From IMG/VR virus record IMGVR_UViG_3300002026_000039, positions 1-52,591 of that record: a stretch of DNA of 52,591 bases; one strand, 5' to 3'. Position 1 is the first letter of the stretch. Every line of letters starts with the position of its first letter. Shown here one piece after another: positions 48,582 to 52,591 of this stretch. This DNA comes from a virus (taxonomy: Duplodnaviria; Caudoviricetes). The translations under genes were made by a program, and so were the position numbers. The notes below the pieces were generated by a model. The model ran no database searches and was not told where the DNA came from. It saw only the letters and a program-made list of their open reading frames with translations.

Positions 48582-50957
48582 ATGATAACACCACTAGAAT
48601 ATTCAAAATTAAATGAACAAAAAATTACCTTTTTGAAACCTTGTCAATCTGGTTATATAGAAACACAAATAGAACTAAATAATTTTGATAATATTTATGC
48701 TAACAAAAAATTATTAATAAAAACAGATAAAGGTGTTTATTTATCTGGAATATTAATAATAAGTGAAAATGAAGGTGAGATTGGTTATTCATTAAGATTT
48801 GATAATGGATATGTTACAATTGGTGATGAATGGGATTTAGATGGTTATTATCGTGAAACTTTTTTTAATGAAAATTCGGAAGATAATAAAATTTTATCTT
48901 TTTCTCAATTAAAAAATAAATTAAATTCAACCGAAAATAAATTAAATTCAGAAGGTCAATTAATTGAAGAAGGTTCAAAAGGATTAATAGATGGTAATGA
49001 AAAAAATAAATTAACTCAATTAAAAACTGAAAAATATAAAAATCAAATAATAGATGTTAATACATTAACAACAACAAAAATTGGAAATGTTATTATACCA
49101 AATTTTTATTCAAATAATAAAATACAGAATTTTTATCATGTTTTTTCAATTGTTGGTAAAAATTTTAATTGTAAAATAAAAATTTCATTATCAAATTTCG
49201 ATAATGAAATAGGACAATATCAAATTGATGTATTAAATTATTCAAGTTCTACATTATTAAAAAATTTATCATTAGTATTAAATTTATCTAAAAAAACTGT
49301 TTCATCTGTAAATAAAGTATTTTTATGTATTGATGCTAAATTTGATAAAAGTAAAGTTGTTGGTATTATACCAACAACAGATTTAACTTATAAAATTATA
49401 CATGAAACTTCAGATATAAACAATATTTTTTTAAATAATTATGGATTAGGTCTTATTACAAATGATTTATCATTGCAATATATTAAACCTGATAATACAT
49501 TATCTTACAATTTTATTATAGATTCCAATATATTAAAATATACCAATAATAAAATTATTTATTTAAACGAAACAAACAAACCTATTAGAATAAATCCAAA
49601 TACTAATTTGGATGATTTTATAATTCCAGGAAAATATTATACTATTATTAATGAAAATTTTAGTTCAATTCAAAATAAACCTATATTAAATAATAAAAAG
49701 TTTGCTTTGGAAGTTATTGATTTCAATATAGAAAAAACACTAAATAAAATTGATTTATTACAAAGATATACATGTTTTGATTATATTGGAAATTCTACAA
49801 ATTATCAAATATCTGTATTTGAAAGAGTTTCAAATAGTGATAATGTTTTTTTATGGTCTCCATGGATTGAAGTTGGAAAGAAAATACATACACATTCAGT
49901 AAATGATATTATTGAAACAACAACAAAGAAATTTGTTTCACAAGCAGATATAAATAATTGGAATAGTGTTTTAAGTGCTACAGCATTATCAACTTGGAAA
50001 CCACCAGTATCAACATATAATTCTCTATTACAAACATATGTTTCTCCACAAAATGGTTGGTCTGTTTTTGTTTTTGAAACTTCGTCAATTTGGATATATA
50101 ATAATGGAATATGGACAAATAAAACACCTATTTGTAATATTGATGAAAATGGTTTAGTTTCTAAAGAACAATTTTTAGAATATTTTGAAGGAGCTGGAAT
50201 ATCTAAAAAAATTAGGTCAAAAGAAAGTTTCATTAATAGATTAACAGAATCCCCAGAAATAATTTATGGGCTTAATTATACTAATATTAATGAATTCCAT
50301 ATAGATGAAGTTAAAAGAATATCTCCAATAACAAATATATTAAAAGAATATGTAATACAAAGAGGTTGGAATGTTAATATTTATGGTTCTGATTCATTTG
50401 TTACTGGAAAAGATATAAATTCAATTGAAAATAATTCTATTGGTATAGGTGTTGGATTATCATATGATTCAGCAGACCAAACAATATTTGGTAAATATAA
50501 TGAAATAGATGGTAATTTAGGATTTATTATTGGTAATGGAACATCTGATATTGATAGAAATAATTTATTTTCAATATCAAAATCAGGTACAGTTAAAGCT
50601 AATGGATTTTCAACACCATTAGGGACTGTAAATGATTTCCTATTAGCTAATGGAAGTACACAATCAAAAACATCATTAATACAATCAATATTTAATGATT
50701 TAGCAATTGCTGGAAAAGAAATCGTAACAGTAACAACTAATGTTGAGGAATTTACAATTAACTGGACAACTACAAGAAAAACTAATTATGGATTATTTGG
50801 GAATTTTGAAGTTTGGTCAGAAGTAGGAACAAATGTATATGAAAAACAAGAAGTTCCAGTTAGATTAATAACAGAAATAAATTTAGATAATAATTTACAA
50901 GCTGTTTCATATACATTTACTTTATCACAAATAAATGCAATTATAATTATCAAATAA
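48582..50957 (+). CDS. tail fibre / baseplate-associated fibre protein
   Basis: knob-like NLDDFIIPGKY..LQRY..WSPW, HTH motif, IIGNGTSD..RNN adhesin-like segment. Confidence 0.65.
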   Translation: MITPLEYSKLNEQKITFLKPCQSGYIETQIELNNFDNIYANKKLLIKTDKGVYLSGILIISENEGEIGYSLRFDNGYVTIGDEWDLDGYYRETFFNENSEDNKILSFSQLKNKLNSTENKLNSEGQLIEEGSKGLIDGNEKNKLTQLKTEKYKNQIIDVNTLTTTKIGNVIIPNFYSNNKIQNFYHVFSIVGKNFNCKIKISLSNFDNEIGQYQIDVLNYSSSTLLKNLSLVLNLSKKTVSSVNKVFLCIDAKFDKSKVVGIIPTTDLTYKIIHETSDINNIFLNNYGLGLITNDLSLQYIKPDNTLSYNFIIDSNILKYTNNKIIYLNETNKPIRINPNTNLDDFIIPGKYYTIINENFSSIQNKPILNNKKFALEVIDFNIEKTLNKIDLLQRYTCFDYIGNSTNYQISVFERVSNSDNVFLWSPWIEVGKKIHTHSVNDIIETTTKKFVSQADINNWNSVLSATALSTWKPPVSTYNSLLQTYVSPQNGWSVFVFETSSIWIYNNGIWTNKTPICNIDENGLVSKEQFLEYFEGAGISKKIRSKESFINRLTESPEIIYGLNYTNINEFHIDEVKRISPITNILKEYVIQRGWNVNIYGSDSFVTGKDINSIENNSIGIGVGLSYDSADQTIFGKYNEIDGNLGFIIGNGTSDIDRNNLFSISKSGTVKANGFSTPLGTVNDFLLANGSTQSKTSLIQSIFNDLAIAGKEIVTVTTNVEEFTINWTTTRKTNYGLFGNFEVWSEVGTNVYEKQEVPVRLITEINLDNNLQAVSYTFTLSQINAIIIIK

Positions 50958-50959
50958 AA

Positions 50960-52591
50960 ATGGCATTACAAAGGAAAAAAAGAACAAATATTAATGGTAT
51001 TGATGGTTTAATACAAATTGATGAATATTTAGATATTTTAAATAGATTTGGTATACCAACATCTGTAAATGATACATTAACAGCTGAATCATTATTACCA
51101 TTTAAAATATTATTTAATACAACGTTAAATAAATTACGAATATTTAATACAATCACTGAATTGTGGCAAGATGCTATTGAAATTGATTTATCACAATTTT
51201 ATACAAAAAGTGAAATAGATTTATTATTTTCAGCTGTTAATATCCAGTTAACAAGATTAAATGGTTTAACATTAGAAGCTAACACATCAACTTCAACTTT
51301 ATATTTAAAAGATATTGATGGTAATATATTATCAACATTAAGTCTTGGGTTTCTAAATAATGAAGGTACAACATTTGTTTATAACTCAAATACAGAAACA
51401 CTTGATTTAATAAATGATGAATTAATAGTTTTATCAAGTATTCCAGTTTCATCGTTTATATCAAATTTAGTATCACAAATAGATTTTAATAGTACATTAA
51501 CAAATAGACTTGAATTAAAAGATTCAGGAAATAATGTATTAGCTTTTGTTGATATTACAATAAATAATATTTTGGATTTGCAAAATATTTTAGATGGAAA
51601 AGAACCTACAATAACAATATTACCTATATCAAAAGGAGGTACAGGTAAAAATACAATATCTGAAAATACTTTTTATATTGGCGGTTCAAATAATACGTTA
51701 ACAGAAAAAACAATACAGGAAGTATTTGATTTATTATTAAATTCAGGTAATGGTATCAACTTTACAAATACATCAATTTCAGTAGTTTCAGCTGACAATA
51801 ATAGAATAATAGTTACTCCACAAGGAATAGACTTACCTCAAATATCAATAATACCTGGAACTTATTCAAAAGTTACTATAGATAATTATGGTAGAGTTAT
51901 TGGTGTATCTAATTTAACATTAACAGATTTTTCAACAAGATTAAACACTATTGCAAATACAACATCTATTGGTATAATAACTATTGATGATAATGGTAAT
52001 ATAAATATTAGAGCTATTGAAGGTAGCTCTGGAAGAATTACAATTACAAATGGTTCAATGACAACAGGTAATTCTATTATTGATTTAGTACCAACTCCAG
52101 TAGTACCAGGAACATATAATAATATTACTGTTGATGCTTATGGTAGAGTAATAAGTGCGACAAATACAACAATCCCAACAAGTCTTGAGGATTTAACTAA
52201 TCCAACAGTAAATCCTTTCATTAGAACTAATGATTTACCTACAATCCCTCCAATACCTACAAGTCTTGAGGATTTAACTAATCCAACAGTAAATCCTTTC
52301 ATTAGAGATAATGATTTACCTACAATACCTACAAGTCTTGAGAATTTAACTAATCCAACAGTAAATCCTTTCATTAGAGATAATGATTTACCTACAATCC
52401 CTACAAGTCTTGAGAATTTAACTAATCCAACAGTAAACCCTTTTATTAGAGATAATGATTTACCTACAAGTCTTGAGAATTTAACTAATCCAACAGTAAA
52501 CCCTTTTATTAGAGATAATGATTTACCTACAATCCCTACAAGTCTTGAGAATTTAACTAATCCAACAGTAAACCCTTTTATTAGAGATAAT
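50960..52591 (+). CDS. tail fibre protein, runs off the window (absent from the ORF track)
   Basis: ATG 50960, MALQRKKRTNING..., open to the window end; LPISKGGTG; two PGTY..(V/I)T(I/V)D.YGRV fibre repeats. Confidence 0.85.
   Translation, partial: MALQRKKRTNINGIDGLIQIDEYLDILNRFGIPTSVNDTLTAESLLPFKILFNTTLNKLRIFNTITELWQDAIEIDLSQFYTKSEIDLLFSAVNIQLTRLNGLTLEANTSTSTLYLKDIDGNILSTLSLGFLNNEGTTFVYNSNTETLDLINDELIVLSSIPVSSFISNLVSQIDFNSTLTNRLELKDSGNNVLAFVDITINNILDLQNILDGKEPTITILPISKGGTGKNTISENTFYIGGSNNTLTEKTIQEVFDLLLNSGNGINFTNTSISVVSADNNRIIVTPQGIDLPQISIIPGTYSKVTIDNYGRVIGVSNLTLTDFSTRLNTIANTTSIGIITIDDNGNINIRAIEGSSGRITITNGSMTTGNSIIDLVPTPVVPGTYNNITVDAYGRVISATNTTIPTSLEDLTNPTVNPFIRTNDLPTIPPIPTSLEDLTNPTVNPFIRDNDLPTIPTSLENLTNPTVNPFIRDNDLPTIPTSLENLTNPTVNPFIRDNDLPTSLENLTNPTVNPFIRDNDLPTIPTSLENLTNPTVNPFIRDN
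52178..52591 (+). repeat. in-frame tandem repeat, units of 81, 72, 72, 63, 72 and >54 bp
   Basis: units start at 52178, 52259, 52331, 52403, 52466, 52538; encode TSLE(D/N)LTNPTVNPFIR(T/D)NDLP plus 0-2 TIP/PIP triplets. Confidence 0.95.

Noticed and set aside
9994-51156. Short ORFs overlapping long genes, mostly antisense (e.g. 9994, 11306, 11854, 13411, 18636, 19134, 29544, 30050, 30709, 31296, 33560, 34888, 38095, 40192, 43465, 45054, 47182, 48301, 49805, 49975, 50950)
   Set aside because: Shadow frames of well-supported genes in AT-rich DNA; no motifs
52138-52374. 78-aa minus-strand repetitive ORF
   Set aside because: Antisense reading of the tail-fibre repeat
52178-52591. Possible CRISPR array
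   Set aside because: No unique spacers; units are near-identical multiples of 9 bp inside an open tail-fibre frame
1-52591. Genome-wide stop-codon reassignment
   Set aside because: Core genes are full length in the standard code; TGA ends real genes (e.g. the ATGA overlap at 16418-16421); no suppressor tRNA seen
48582-52591. Diversity-generating retroelement targeting the fibres
   Set aside because: No reverse transcriptase and no template/variable repeat pair with adenine-specific mismatches seen in the window

Overview
Very AT-rich segment of a large T4-like (myovirus-type) phage genome, probably infecting Bacteroidota: the tmRNA 5' end looks Bacteroidota-like and Shine-Dalgarno motifs are not evident. 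Genes run on the minus strand from ~45.6 kb down to the window start. They cover replication, recombination and packaging: primase-helicase, two-subunit type II topoisomerase, terminase large subunit, RNase H-like 5' nuclease, dNMP kinase, clamp loader, UvsW-like helicase, probable SSB, RuvC-like resolvase, two homing endonucleases, accessory genes and a baseplate spike. Baseplate and tail-fibre genes run on the plus strand after 45.7 kb. The most striking feature is a promoter-to-terminator non-coding operon at ~3615-4230 (-). It contains a circularly permuted (two-piece), strongly reduced tmRNA (tag GKVINLFGNDVKVAA, G3-U70 acceptor stem, structured ~137-nt intervening segment), preceded by a tRNA-like gene with a non-canonical anticodon loop and an unexplained stem-loop element. 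Two more structured non-coding loci (15.6-16.06 kb and 39.43-39.66 kb) lie behind the same bipartite promoter-like motif, found about 10 times. Also seen: exact duplications of gene 3' ends around accessory ORFs, several disrupted genes, and a tail fibre with a variable-length in-frame tandem repeat. All calls are from reading the sequence by eye; no searches were run.
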